Source: Mobula birostris (Eukaryota). Taken from it: DNA of 64,000 nt. Below are positions 49,301 through 60,860 of this stretch, piece by piece (within the stretch, counting starts at the first letter, position 1; every line of letters starts with the position of its first letter). The position numbers and the translations under genes were made by a program. Under the pieces are notes generated by a model. The model made no database searches, was not told the DNA's origin, and saw nothing but the letters and a program-made list of their open reading frames with translations. The stretch is taken from assembly GCF_030028105.1 (NCBI RefSeq), contig NC_092382.1, positions 98,410,699-98,474,698 of the forward strand, given 5' to 3'.

Positions 49301-51120
49301 CCAAGTATCCATTCAGCCCGATATTTTTTACACCCCCACTTCTATCGGGAAGCAAACAGCACTTGCTCAAGTCAGCGTACTCCCCGCTTCAGTAAGACTA
49401 ATAACGTATCTATGATAATTTTAGCATACAGACTGGACCTTCCACTCAGACACGTTTGGATCTCGCACGTTATTCTCGAAACTGCACTCCAGTTTTTTTT
49501 TTCATGTGTCATGTTGCTTTTGTTTGCAATACCGCAATGCTTTGATCTGTATGAACAAGCCAATTGCAAATGCTCTCTGCTAAACCAGACCACATCCTTG
49601 CTCTGCACCTGCCATCCAGACTCCACACCCCAACTGCTAACGTCCCGATCGTCAAATCCCCCAGTCGCCACCTTCCACCATCTCCCCGACTCACCAAAAC
49701 TGCTGAGCAGGTGAGAAGGTCTCTGGGGAGACTCAGGCGCCGCAAAACATCGCGATGTCATTGTGTGAACTCCAAGGTTGCGTGGAGTTCCGCAGCGCAT
49801 TTTCATCTTCACTCTCAGCTTTGAAGGGTGGAAACTCATGTGTGGCCCCAGAACCCAAGAACGGCCAACTCAGTATCTTGACTGACTACGGTCCAGTGCC
49901 CGTGAACTCACGCATCATGAAGACCCTGGAGAGGCTGGTCCTGTCTCACCTCCGACACATAGCCAGATCAGCCCTCGATCTCCTGTAGTCTGCGAACCAG
50001 GAGCAGATTCGAGTCGGGAATACTGTCATGCATCTGCAGAACAGAGCCTAATCCCACTTGGAATAGCAGGGCATCATGTTTTGCTTGATTTCTCAAGTGC
50101 CTTTGATACGCTACAGCCGTCATCGCTGGGGAAAACATTCCGTGCAATGGTGGTTGGCGCTTCCATTGTAACGACCTGACAGGCAGACCACAGTTTGTGC
50201 AGCTTCATAGCTGTGTGTCAGACATGGTCATAAGCAGCACTGGGGCCGCAAGGGGACGCTGTTGGGTCCCTTACTGTTTACCCTGTATACCTCGGACTTC
50301 AGATACAACACTGAGTCATGTCATCTGTATCCATAGATATAATTTTGCTGTTTGTTCTGGCACCGATTCAAACGTCATTTTATTTCATTATTTATCACTA
50401 CAGCGCGATATCAGACACTTCCGGCACAACAACCCGTCACTGGCCAATTACAGACATGGGAGGAAACCGGAGCACCCTGAGGGAAGCCACGTGGTCACGA
50501 GGAGAACACCTAAACGCCTTTACAACCAGCGGCGGGATTTGAACCCGAGTGATTGGTGCTAAACTCCAGAAATATTTCAATTTATGTTTCTATTAATTAA
50601 CGCTGGTCAAGTTTTCAATGTACCGGACTGCTGCTAAACAAAATTGAAGCGGTTGACATGACATTTATACTGTGTTCTTCCGCCAATCAAGAGTCTAATT
50701 GCAAGTGGAGGGCGGGTCTTTCTGCACAAATGAGCGTGGTATCTCTTCCTGCTTCTCACTGCCTTTTCAACAGGTTACAAACGGCAGCTGAGCACAGAAC
50801 TGGTTCACTGTCTGAAAGAACGTTTCAAAACGGAGATGTTTGTATTACTCGGACTTATGATCTGGGCCCACCGTAAGCAATTTCCTCCCACTACAAACTC
50901 GATAAGCTCTTTTGTTCTCCTTTTCCCACTATTTATATTTTGATCCTTTTCTCTCCCCTCTGTTCTCATCCTCTAGTTTCTCCTTTTATCATCCGTCCAT
51001 CTTTCTCCTTCTCTAGACTGCGTGCCAGTGGTTACCTCTTACTGGCCACTTCTCGTTCTCTTCCTCACTTCCTCCTTGCAGTCTTTGTACCTATATTTCT
51101 GTTCACAGACGATTTTCTCT
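46329..51120 (+). repeat. Tandem segmental duplication, unit about 2.41 kb (46329-48736 and 48737 to about 51120)
   Basis: Collinear blocks at an offset of about 2408: unique segment, Rex1 fragments, promoter, leader exon and pyrimidine-rich intron. Confidence 0.9.
48428..48464 (+). pseudogene. Orphan V leader exon with promoter; its own V exon is absent
   Basis: MFVLLGLMVWTH followed by GTAGGC; TGACGTC and CTTCCTGG at 48338-48353. The intron is cut at about 48721 by the next duplicated unit. Confidence 0.82.
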
Positions 51121-51621
51121 TTTTTATCAACATTTCGTTCAATTCCCCCCTTTTTTTATTTCCCATGCTGCAACATTTCTTTGATAATTCCACTGTTTTT
51201 ACTCATTTGTGAATTTTTCCCTTCCACTTACGTTTCCATATCTACACTGATTCCCCTCCACGCCTACTCCCGGATCTCCAGTATCATCATTAACCGTCCT
51301 CCTTTCCCCGTCTCTTTCCCAGAGGTCAGCTCGCAGACCATCACTCAGACCCCGGCCGTGCTCTCGCGATCCCCCGGAGAGAATGTGACGATGACGTGCA
51401 CGGTGAAGGGCACTAGCGCTGACCCTCGCATGTTCTGGTACAGACAGCTCCCGGGGAAGGAGCTGGAGAACCTCTTTTACTCCGCTGCTACCAAATCCGT
51501 CAATTCCGACGAGCCCGTGGACGGTTTTACCGCCCAGAGACCGGACGGAAAGACCTTCACTCTGAGCAGCTCCCACCTGGAACCGAAGAACTCGGCCGTA
51601 TATTTCTGCGCGTGGAGTCTA
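50836..51621 (+). CDS. TRBV: TCR beta-like V gene, open (leader 50836-50872, V exon 51323-51621)
   Basis: Leader MFVLLGLMIWAH followed by GTAAGC. V exon QVSSQTITQTPAVLSRSPGENVTMTCTVKGTSADPRMFWYRQLPGKELENLFYSAAT...FTAQRPDGKTFTLSSSHLEPKNSAVYFCAWSL; strongly TRBV30-like. Confidence 0.93.
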
Positions 51622-51660
51622 CACAGTGACTCAGAGAGAGGGGGACGTCTGACAAAAACC
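51622..51660 (+). other. 23-RSS, full consensus
   Basis: CACAGTG 51622-51628, ACAAAAACC 51652-51660. Confidence 0.95.
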
Positions 51661-51789
51661 CGCTGAGTACGCAGGGGAGCGTCTGGCGGTGGAAGCTGGA
51701 ATTGCAGCTCGGTTAACCGAAAAAAGACGTAGTCAAAGTGGAGTTTATTGTCAAATCCAGCAGTACTTAGACTCAATGGCCACAGTATT

Positions 51790-52230
51790 AGGTGCACCTT
51801 TTTCATGCGCTCGTTAAGATAAATATCTAATTAACAAATCATGTGGCAGCAACTCAATGCCGTGGAAACATTCAGACATTGTCAAGCCGTTCAGTTGGTT
51901 CTTCAGACGAAACGTCGGATTGGGAAAGCAAGGTCATCAAACACTTTGACTGTGGAATGATTGCTGGTGCCAGGCCAAGTGGTCTGTGAACCTCCGAAAC
52001 TGTTAAGCTCCTGGGATCTTCACGCACAACAATTGCCGGAGTGTACTGAAAATGGTGCGAAAAAGAACAACAACAAAAAAGATAATAATGTCCAGTGAGC
52101 TGTACTTTTGTGGGCGTAAACGCCCTGTTAAAGAGAGTGTAGAGGAGAATGCCAGTCCGGTCCCAGCCGACAGGAAGGCCAAAGTAACTAAAAGAGGCCC
52201 AATTTACAACAGCAGCGTCTCGAAAGACTT
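51790..52230 (+). mobile_element. Decayed Tc1/mariner transposase, N-terminal region
   Basis: FDCGMIAGAR...LLG.SRTT...FCGRKRPV...ADRKA motifs. A shorter homologue lies at about 57555-57670. Confidence 0.7.
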
Positions 52231-53179
52231 TTGGACGGAAACGTGGAAAGCAAAGGTTTACAGGGTTACCGGCCAAACTCGGGCAAACGGAGGAGGTTGA
52301 TCTGGACATCTTCGCCAGTTGAGCCGGTGATTCCGCTCCCGCTCTGTGTGAATCCATGACTGAGAGGTACTAACAAAAGACAGCCTGGGGAAGATGCGGT
52401 AACCCTGGGAGGAGAGACGGAGATTCTGCAGGACGGTGTCTTGGAAACCAATAACAGGATGGAGATCGAAGTGTTAAAGTTGCAGAGAAAGCGCGCACTG
52501 AGTGTAGGTACACTATAAACGGGAAACAGGGCGCATAATAAATTGCTACAGTTTCCGAGAAGTGTAGGCAGACAATAAGGTGCAAGTGCCACGACGCGGT
52601 CGATTGCGAGGTCTGGAGTTCATCTCATCGGACTAGGGGACCGCTCAATAGTGATACCCTTCTCAGAGCGGGATAGAATCTGCCCTCGAGCCAGGTGGCA
52701 CTGGTATATGTTCCGATGTTCTTCCCCAGTCAGGCTATCAAAGACAACGGGGAGAAGGCAGAAAAGCGTTGAGACGGAGCAGTCTCGGTGGGGCCAATGG
52801 GCCTATTCTGTCCCCCTGCGTTATGGACTAGGAGCAGTTAGGAATGCAGTGTAAATCCTGTTATGCATCCTATACATGCCGGTGAAATCATCACCGCAGT
52901 GCGTTGATGTGGTCGTGCAGAGAAAATTAAAGTGAGACAAACGCCTCACTTCAGCCAGCTGCATTCCAGGCCGGCGGGAAGGTTCAAAAACATATCAGGG
53001 GAGATTTTGAAGTCAAGTGGGCTCTTCAATCATTTTACCACAGCGGGCTGGAACCTGTCTTTGAGCCTGGTGACACGTGAGCAAAGAGGAACCTTCGTAG
53101 TGTGAAGTGTGGACCGAGTTCGTGCAGGGGAGAGCATCCCTTCCCCGGATACAGGTTGACACATTATAGAGCTAATGGC

Positions 53180-54130
53180 CGAGCGTCAGAATGATGTCAC
53201 GTGGTCTTTCGAGCAGCGCAGTTGTCTGAGTCTATTACTGAACCTGCTTCTCAGTTCGGCCAAAGTGGCATACAGAGGGTGAAAAGCATCGTCCAGAATT
53301 GCCAGAATTTTCTTTGGGGTCCTTTGTACTAACACAGTCTCCAGTGTGTCCAGTTTGACTCCGAAATCAGAGCCAGTCTTTCTGACCAGTTTACTGAGCC
53401 TGTTAGCATTGCCGATGTAGATGACATTATCCCAGCCCGCCACCGCATAGGAGATTGTACTGGCGACAACAGACTGGTTGAACACGTGAAAGTGATGACT
53501 GGACACTCCAAAGGACCTGAATCTCTTCATGAATTAGACGTGAGTCTGGTCCTTCATGTACACAGCCTCTGTGTTGGTGCTCCACTCAAGTCTGTCATCC
53601 GGGTGCACCCCCAGGTACTTGTAGGTCCTCATCACATCCACGTCCTCGCCATCAATAGTAAAAGGGAGCAGTGCAGGCTAAGTCTTCCTAAAGTCCATCA
53701 CTATTTCCTTTGGCTTTCTGATCTTTAGCTGCAAATGATTCAGCTTGCATCAGTTGGCAAAGTCCTCCAGCAGAGGCGGGAAGTCAACCTCCCGTCATCC
53801 ATTTATATATCCAACTATTGCTGAGTCATTAGATCATTTCAGCAGATGACATGACGCAGTGTTTTATCAGAAGTCGGAGGTATACAGGGTAAACAGGAAG
53901 GGAGCCAATATAGTCCCCCGGACAAAGTGCTGCTTATAGTCATATCTGACACACAGCTCTGAAGCTGTACAAACTGTGGTCTGCCAGTCAGGGAGTCCAT
54001 TATCCAGGATTCAATATATCTGGGTAAGGTGCTTTTTGTGATGCATCAGTAAATAGTTGCCCAGGATCTGAATAGACATGTAGCACTCATTCCTGAGGAA
54101 TTAGCAGTTTTGGTCAGCTATCTTACTCTG
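53180..54130 (-). mobile_element. Rex1/Babar fragment
   Basis: ORF 53186-53530: FNQSVVASTISYAVAGW...RLSKLVRK...HPLY...RLRQLRC. Confidence 0.75.
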
Positions 54131-54877
54131 ACGTCTCTGTGCCGGACCAACCCCGATCATTTCGGGATATTCCGGCCAACTTACTTCATTTCGGTAATAT
54201 TGATCTGAACAGGAGCTTGTTGACGCGGTCCTACATTCCTGAAGTCAATATCCAGCTCTTATGTTCTACCGAAGCTGAAGGAAATCTGAAATATTCATGG
54301 AAGATACAAATTACAACGGTAACTCCCGCAAAAGTACTGGATATGACCCAGTGCATTCCGGGTTTAGCCCTCATCACCATTCAGCGCATTGACACAGAGC
54401 GCTGTCGCTGGAAAACAGCATCCAGCATCGAGGAGCCCCAGATCCCAGGACACGATCTCTTTTCGCTATTGCCACTATGTAGAGGGTCCAGGGGGCCTTC
54501 AGGTCCCGAACTACCAGTTTTGAGACCAGTTGTTACTCCCGCGATCATCAGGCTCTTGAACACGAGGTGGGAACATCACTCAATTTCACTCGGTGCATCA
54601 CTAATCTGTTCCCACAACCTATGGATACATATTAAAAGACTTTACCTCTCTTTCTCGATATTTAATGCTTATTGACTTGTTATTACTATTATTATTGATT
54701 TGCAGAGTTTATCTATTGCGTATTGTTTTTTGTTGTCCGTCTTATTTGCTGCGGTCCTTTATTCAATCCACAGCGTTCCTTCGATTAAATAAGCATGCCC
54801 ACAAGAAAATGAATCTCACTCCCACAATAATTTTACTTTGAACTTTGAAAACGTCCTGATGTAGAATCTTGCTAGTC

Positions 54878-54894
54878 GGCAGTAGATGGCGCTC
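54878..54894 (+). promoter_or_regulatory. Intergenic CTCF-like motif (GGCAGTAGATGGCGCTC)
   Basis: Core CAGTAGATGGCGC matches the CTCF consensus. Confidence 0.55.
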
Positions 54895-55139
54895 TAGCGT
54901 AATAAGTGAAGCAAACAGATGACTTGCAAAAAGTCTTGTTTTTAAGAGCTGATCCAGCCCTTAAAGTATCATTCTGCAATGTGCCTCTGCAGCTGGCGTC
55001 TTCAGGGCGACTGAGTGAGTTGGAACTGTCGCAACAGAGGTGCTAAAGATTGTGGCAAACAGGTGTTGGCTGGGGAGTTGGGGAATGGGGGTGGTTGAGA
55101 AGAAATAAATGTTGGCTTCAGCGATTCCGGCATGATTTC

Positions 55140-55390
55140 ACGTAAGCCAAACACCGCCGAGCATCAAAGACACCCCATCCCTACCGTGAAGCATGGTGAA
55201 GGCTGCATTTTGCTGTGAGGCTTGTGAAGGTAGAGGACAAAATGAAAGCAGCAAAACACAGGGGAATTCTGGGGGAAAGCAAGAAGCAGTTTGCAAGAGA
55301 AATACGACTTTGGAGAAGATCTGTTTTCCAGCAAGACAATTGCCACAAGCATAAAGCCAATACGAGAAAGGAATGGTTCAAAGGCAAGAG
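55140..55390 (+). mobile_element. Tc1 DDE-domain fragment
   Basis: PTVKHGEG and VFQQDNCHKHKA motifs. Confidence 0.75.
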
Positions 55391-55820
55391 AGTTAGAAAG
55401 ATAGGGAGAGAAGGAAAAGGCGAGCTGGAACGTGATAAATGAAGTCAGGAGGGTCGGAACGGTCAAGGGTTGGAGAAGAAAGAATCTGATAGGAAAGGAG
55501 AGCCGACTATAGGAGAAAGGGAGGGAGGAGGTAACCCGGGGGAAGTAATCGGCAGGTGAGAAGAGGTAAAGGGTCAGTGGGGAATAAAGAAAGCGTGGTG
55601 GTTGTGGTTGGGTTCAGGATTAGAAAAAGTTCAAAGAGGGATTTGTTTTCAGATGTATTTGTCCAGTTTCAGATGCCTCCAGCTTTCTTCTTCTCCAGCC
55701 CTTCACCTTTCCCAGTCACCTGGCTTCACCTATCACCTCCCAGGTAGCCTCCTTTCCACCTTCACGCACATTTATTCTGGAGTCCCCCCCCCACCAACCA
55801 ACCTTCTGTGCCCACCCCCC

Positions 55821-55826
<6 letters not shown>

Positions 55827-55906
<80 letters not shown>
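55827..55906. repeat. (TC)n microsatellite
   Basis: Direct read of the sequence. Confidence 0.95.
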
Positions 55907-55910
<4 letters not shown>

Positions 55911-56399
55911 TTTCCGTATCTTTATCGCCCCCATTCGCTTTCCGCCGCTCTCTCTCTCTATGCCTCACTTGTTCACCTTTGCCCAAAAATATCCCTCGAC
56001 ATCAGCGATTTTCCCACCGGGTTCCCCGGGCCGCTCGGCTAATGTTAAAGGTCCATGGTCAAAAAGAAAACAGCAAAAAAGAAAACCGCTGCTCTAATCC
56101 TTTCCTATCCTTCTGTCTTTTCGTGTGTTGTTAATGTACTGGCCCCGACCACCTCCTCTGGCGGATCTTTCCAAGTAGATATCTCATTGACGTCTGCGTA
56201 TGACAACACACTTGACTTTAACTTTAGCATGTCGGCAATCCTATACACCTCCTTCCTCCGCGACTACCAATGGCAAACAGTGGTGAGAGAGCAGCCAATG
56301 AGAGGACGGAGAATGACTGCCCATCAGAAGGCGAGGATCTCGCGTTTCCACGTAAACCCCGACTCTCTGCTCACTGTTTAGAGAGGATTCGGCTGAAGG

Positions 56400-57396
56400 A
56401 TGTTCCTGTTAATCAGTCTCCTGATGTGGCTGCAACGTAAGAATCAGTCCTCGCAATAATTTCCACCGCTAATCGATTGTTTGTCGTTTTTTTAAAATCT
56501 TTATTTCTTTCGCGTAAATAATTTCCTCTGTCTCCTTCCGCAGATAACGTTTCCCCGTGTCATTTGTTCCGGAATCCGTATTGTCTTCCATTTCACACTC
56601 CCTTTCCACCTTCGAAGAAACATCTCTTGATTTTAATTCTCCGTCCTCTGTACCATAACGATCAGCGTAACGTTGTTCCGGTGTCTGCGACCCGCGTTCA
56701 ATTCACGCCTCTAAGGAGTTTGTACCTAGGGTTTCATCAGTTGCTCTGTTTTCCGTCCCACATTAGAATTACTGACTTGTAGACATGCTATTTTGGCGCC
56801 AGAATCCTGGCGACACAATTGCGACTGCTTCGTTTTATTTCGGTTGTGAAATATGGACGGATTAGAAGGTTAGTTAGTTGTATTTGTGTAATTGGGAGGT
56901 GCAGGATCTCTAACTTCTTCCAAGAAAAAAAAGAATTTAAGTCGTAACCTCTTCCGATCTTGCTAATTTATCTTCCATTTTCCTTCATTCTTCTCTCTTT
57001 TACTTCACTGTCCCCAACACAACTCCATTCCTGCGGGGACCCCTCCAGAATTTCTCTGCTCATTACTATCAATCAACCTCTCCCCATCTCTTTCTCAGAG
57101 GTCAGCTCGCAGACCATCGATCAAGTCCCGGCGGTGCTCTCGCGATCCCCCGGAGGGAAAGTGACGTTGACGTGCACCGTGAAAAACAGTAGTGATAACC
57201 CGTACATGTACTGGTACAGACAGTTTCCCGGGTGGGGCTGGAAAACTTGTTCTATTCCAGCGTTGCAAAGGCTGTGAGTTCCGAAGAACCTGTGGACGGT
57301 TTTACCGCCCAGAGACCAGACGGAAAGACATTCATTCTGAGCAACTCGAACATAGAACCGAAGAACTCGGCCGTATATTTCTGCGGGTGGAGTCTG
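56400..57396 (+). pseudogene. TRBV: TCR beta-like V pseudogene, paralogue of 50836-51621 (leader 56400-56436, V exon 57099-57396), 1-nt deletion in FR2
   Basis: Leader MFLLISLLMWLQ. Exon reads QVSSQTIDQVPAVLSRSPGGKVTLTCTVKNSSDNPYMYWYRQFPG, then frameshifts to LENLFYSSVAK...NSAVYFCGWSL. RSS CACAGTG-22-ACAACAACC at 57397-57434. Confidence 0.9.
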
Positions 57397-59129
57397 CACA
57401 GTGGCTGAGAGAGAGGGGGCGCCCAACAACAACCCGCTGACGACGACAGGGAGCACCTGTCGGTGGAACGTGGAATTGCAGTTCGGTCAACCGTCAAAAT
57501 TCAAAGTCAAAGTCGAGTTTATTGTGTTGCGGAAGAAGTGTGTTCTAAGTGAATCTGGCCGTGGAATGATTGCTGGTGGCAGATGGAGTAAATTGCCATT
57601 CTCATAATCTGCTGAACTCCTGAGATTTTCACGCAGAGCAATCACTGGAGTTTACAGAAAATGCTGCAGCTGAGGTTGTACAGAAAACGCGTCAGGAATT
57701 CTATTGGGGGCGCATGTGAAAAAGATACCGGAAATGTATACTGCAGGCAGGGATGCTGTCTGCTGCAGTATAGTTAACATAACCTTGGCTAATGTGATAA
57801 CCACTATTGGTCATTGGGGAATCAGGTCTATAGATCACTGAAAGCGGCGTCAGAGATGGCTGGTTGGCGGAAAAAAACACGTTCAGGGTGATTGTCATCC
57901 CAGTCAGGGCATTGTATAGTAGATTGGATATTATTCCGCATAGGTCAATGTCTTTGGTCGGGCCTCACTTGGGATACAGTATACCTTTTATTTTGCTCTG
58001 TCATAGCGAAGGTGAGGTTAAAATTGAAAGAGAACAGAAAATACTCACGATTAATTTGACAGCATGAGAGAGCTTTGAGATATGCGGAAGAGTTGGCAGG
58101 GTCTTTATTTAAAAAATAATCTCTTATTAAAAATAAGCTTTTTTAAAGTATTGTAACATGCTTTGATCATCTGGATGATGAAGTACTTTTCGATCGTGGA
58201 AAAGGGAGTCCAAACAGTGTGGATACGTGCTAAGGTTGAGAATGGGAAGCTGTTCAAGCAGAGGGTAGTGGAAACGAGTTGAATGAGCTAGGTACAAAAT
58301 TTTCATCTGTGAAACAAATGGGCGGATTAGGGGGAACGGCCGGAGCGGAAAATAGCCAAAATTCGGGATGGCACACTGGCCAGCATGAACATGTCGGGCC
58401 GAAGGGTCAGTATCCGTGTCTCAGGATTCTTTGACTCTAATAAGCAGAAGTTTTCCTCAATTATACAGAACGCGATTACATGTCAGCGATCGAAAAGTAG
58501 CATACAGCACACATGGTCTTGCTCGGACAGGGATTTCAGAATAGAAGCTGGTAAATCATGTTGCAGTTCTATAAAACGTTGATGAAGCCGCACTTGGAAT
58601 ACTGAGTACAGTATTTGGTCACTCTGCCAACGTGCGGTTGGGTTGAAACAAGGGTAGGAAAGATTGAAGGGCAGGTATCCAGCACTAGAGGGCTTGAAGT
58701 ATGGAGACGTTAGGCCAGGGCCCGGTCTTTCTTACTTGGAACAAAACAGAATGAAGAACGAACTTTTAAATTTTGACAGACATGGACGAGGTGTATGATA
58801 AGGGACTTTCTATATAGGAGAGCCTAAGTCTCGGGGCCATCCGTTCAAGTTAGTGGGAGTGAGGATTAACAGGAAACTTTCGTGGTCAACTTTTGCACGC
58901 CCTTCAGTCTCATGGCAAAGTTCACTCGGCGTTGTCAGGAGAGCATTAATCCTCCGTGAAGCTTCTCCCATACCGCCGAAACATATCTCATTTGTCTCTG
59001 GCATGTGCAGTTCTACTGGGACTGAGGATGTCTCTGATTAGCTCCCGCCCTCCACCCCTCCATGCACCAACCCGATCGGGGAGGAGGCTCCAAACGGCCT
59101 CCACTCTGCTTCTTCCAGTTTAGTATCTT

Positions 59130-59577
59130 CACGAGTTCTCTGGACTGTCTCCCTCAGTTTCACCAAGTGGGTGATTCTACTGTTATTTGCATGCGAAGCT
59201 TTGACATCAGCATCGCAAAACGACCTTTGAGCGCTGCCGCTACTTCGTCCGCCCGGTGCAACTGCATCTCCTTCCTCTGGCGACACCTATTGGTTCCTTA
59301 GAACAATTCAGCAATGCTGGTTGTCGTGGACAAACTGTAAGTCTCCACTTGCATCGGAGTTCTTTGGAGATCTGACTGGCACCTCGAGAAAAATTCAGTA
59401 ACTTACACTCGGCAAACCACTCATTCAATCGCCGTCTGTCCGTGCCACGCGGCCATTGCCATCGCAATGCCTTCTGGGAAATGAAAGCCATTCCTGGACA
59501 CTTTGTGTAGCGGTGGTCCTATCTGTCGAATTGGTTTGAGTACATTGGGTATGTGGGAAGGAGACTGCTGAGCAAAG
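59130..59577 (+). pseudogene. Octamer-bearing promoter plus V-like relic, truncated by CR1
   Basis: ATTTGCAT at 59185-59192; GTAAGT at 59337; fragments LIQSPSV and FEYIGYV; inverted homologue at about 63510-64000. Confidence 0.4.
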
Positions 59578-60860
59578 TTGTCTTATCCAACTTGATGCTT
59601 TCCAAAAGCTCCAGCACATCCTCCTCCTTCATATCACCAGTCTCACGCTTTTCAGTCCACTGCAAGTTATCCCTGCAATCGCCAAGATCCTTTTCCGTAG
59701 CGAATACTGAAGCAAAGTATTCGTTGGATACCGATGCTCTCTCCTCCCGTTGCATACGTATTTTTCCACTGTCACACTTGATTGGTCCTATTCTGTCACG
59801 CCTCAGCCTTTTGCTCTTCATATACTTGTATAATGCCTTTGGGGTTTTCCTTAATCCTGTCCGCCAAGGATTATTCATGGCCCCTTCTCTCTCCCTTCAT
59901 TTCATTATTAAGCTCCTTCCTGTTCGCCATACAATCTTCTATATCTCTATCATTACATCGTTTTTTTGAACCTTTAGTAAGCTATTCTATTCTTCTTGAT
60001 TAGATTTACAACAGCTTTTGTACACCTGCAATCCTTTCCCTGCAGAACCCCATGTAAATATCCCCTGAACATTTGCCACATTTCTTCCGTATGTTTCCTT
60101 GAGAACATATGTTTCCAATTTATGCCTGATGGCCTTATATTTCCCCTTACTCCAAGCAAACGCTTCCCTAACTTGTCTATTCCTATCCATCTCCAATGTT
60201 GTGGTGAAGGAGATAGAATTGTGATCACTGTCCCAAAAATGTTCCCTCATTGAGAAACAAGGCACCTGACCAGGCTATTTTCCCAATAACAGATCAGGTA
60301 CAGCTTCTGCACTTGTACGCTTATCTACATATTGTGTCAAGAAACCTTCCTGAAAACACCTAACCAACTCCGTCCCAACTAAATCCGTTACTCCAGGAAG
60401 ATGCAAAAGAATAATTGAATAATTAAAATCTCCCACCACAGCAACCCTGTTATAATTACACCTTTGCCGAATCTGTTTCGCTATCAGCTCCCAGATGTCC
60501 CTGTTGCTATCGGCTGCTCTGTAAAAGCACACAGTAGAGTCACTGACCCCTTCCTATTCCTAACTTTCTCTCACAGAGACTCCGTTGACGTCTTGCTGCT
60601 TTTTCTGCACCCACCTTTGCCCCCATCCCCGTCCTTTCTGAATCAGCTAAAGCCTGGCACTTGAAGTAGCCATTCCTGCCCCTGAACCATCCAAATCTCT
60701 TCAATAGCCACACCATCATTGCTCCATTCACCAAGACTGTGTCAGTTTAGGAAATACTGCATGAGGACTCTCAAGTCCCATAGCAGCACTGACTTCTGCC
60801 TTTTTTTCCTGATCTATAACATAGTCTACATACTTATTAGTTCTACCAAAATGTATGACC
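59578..60860 (-). mobile_element. Decayed CR1 ORF2 fragment (endonuclease and middle region)
   Basis: VAVVGDFNY, FQEGFLTQYVD..T.AEAV.DL.LG and ALYKYMKSKR...IGPIK motifs. Confidence 0.8.
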
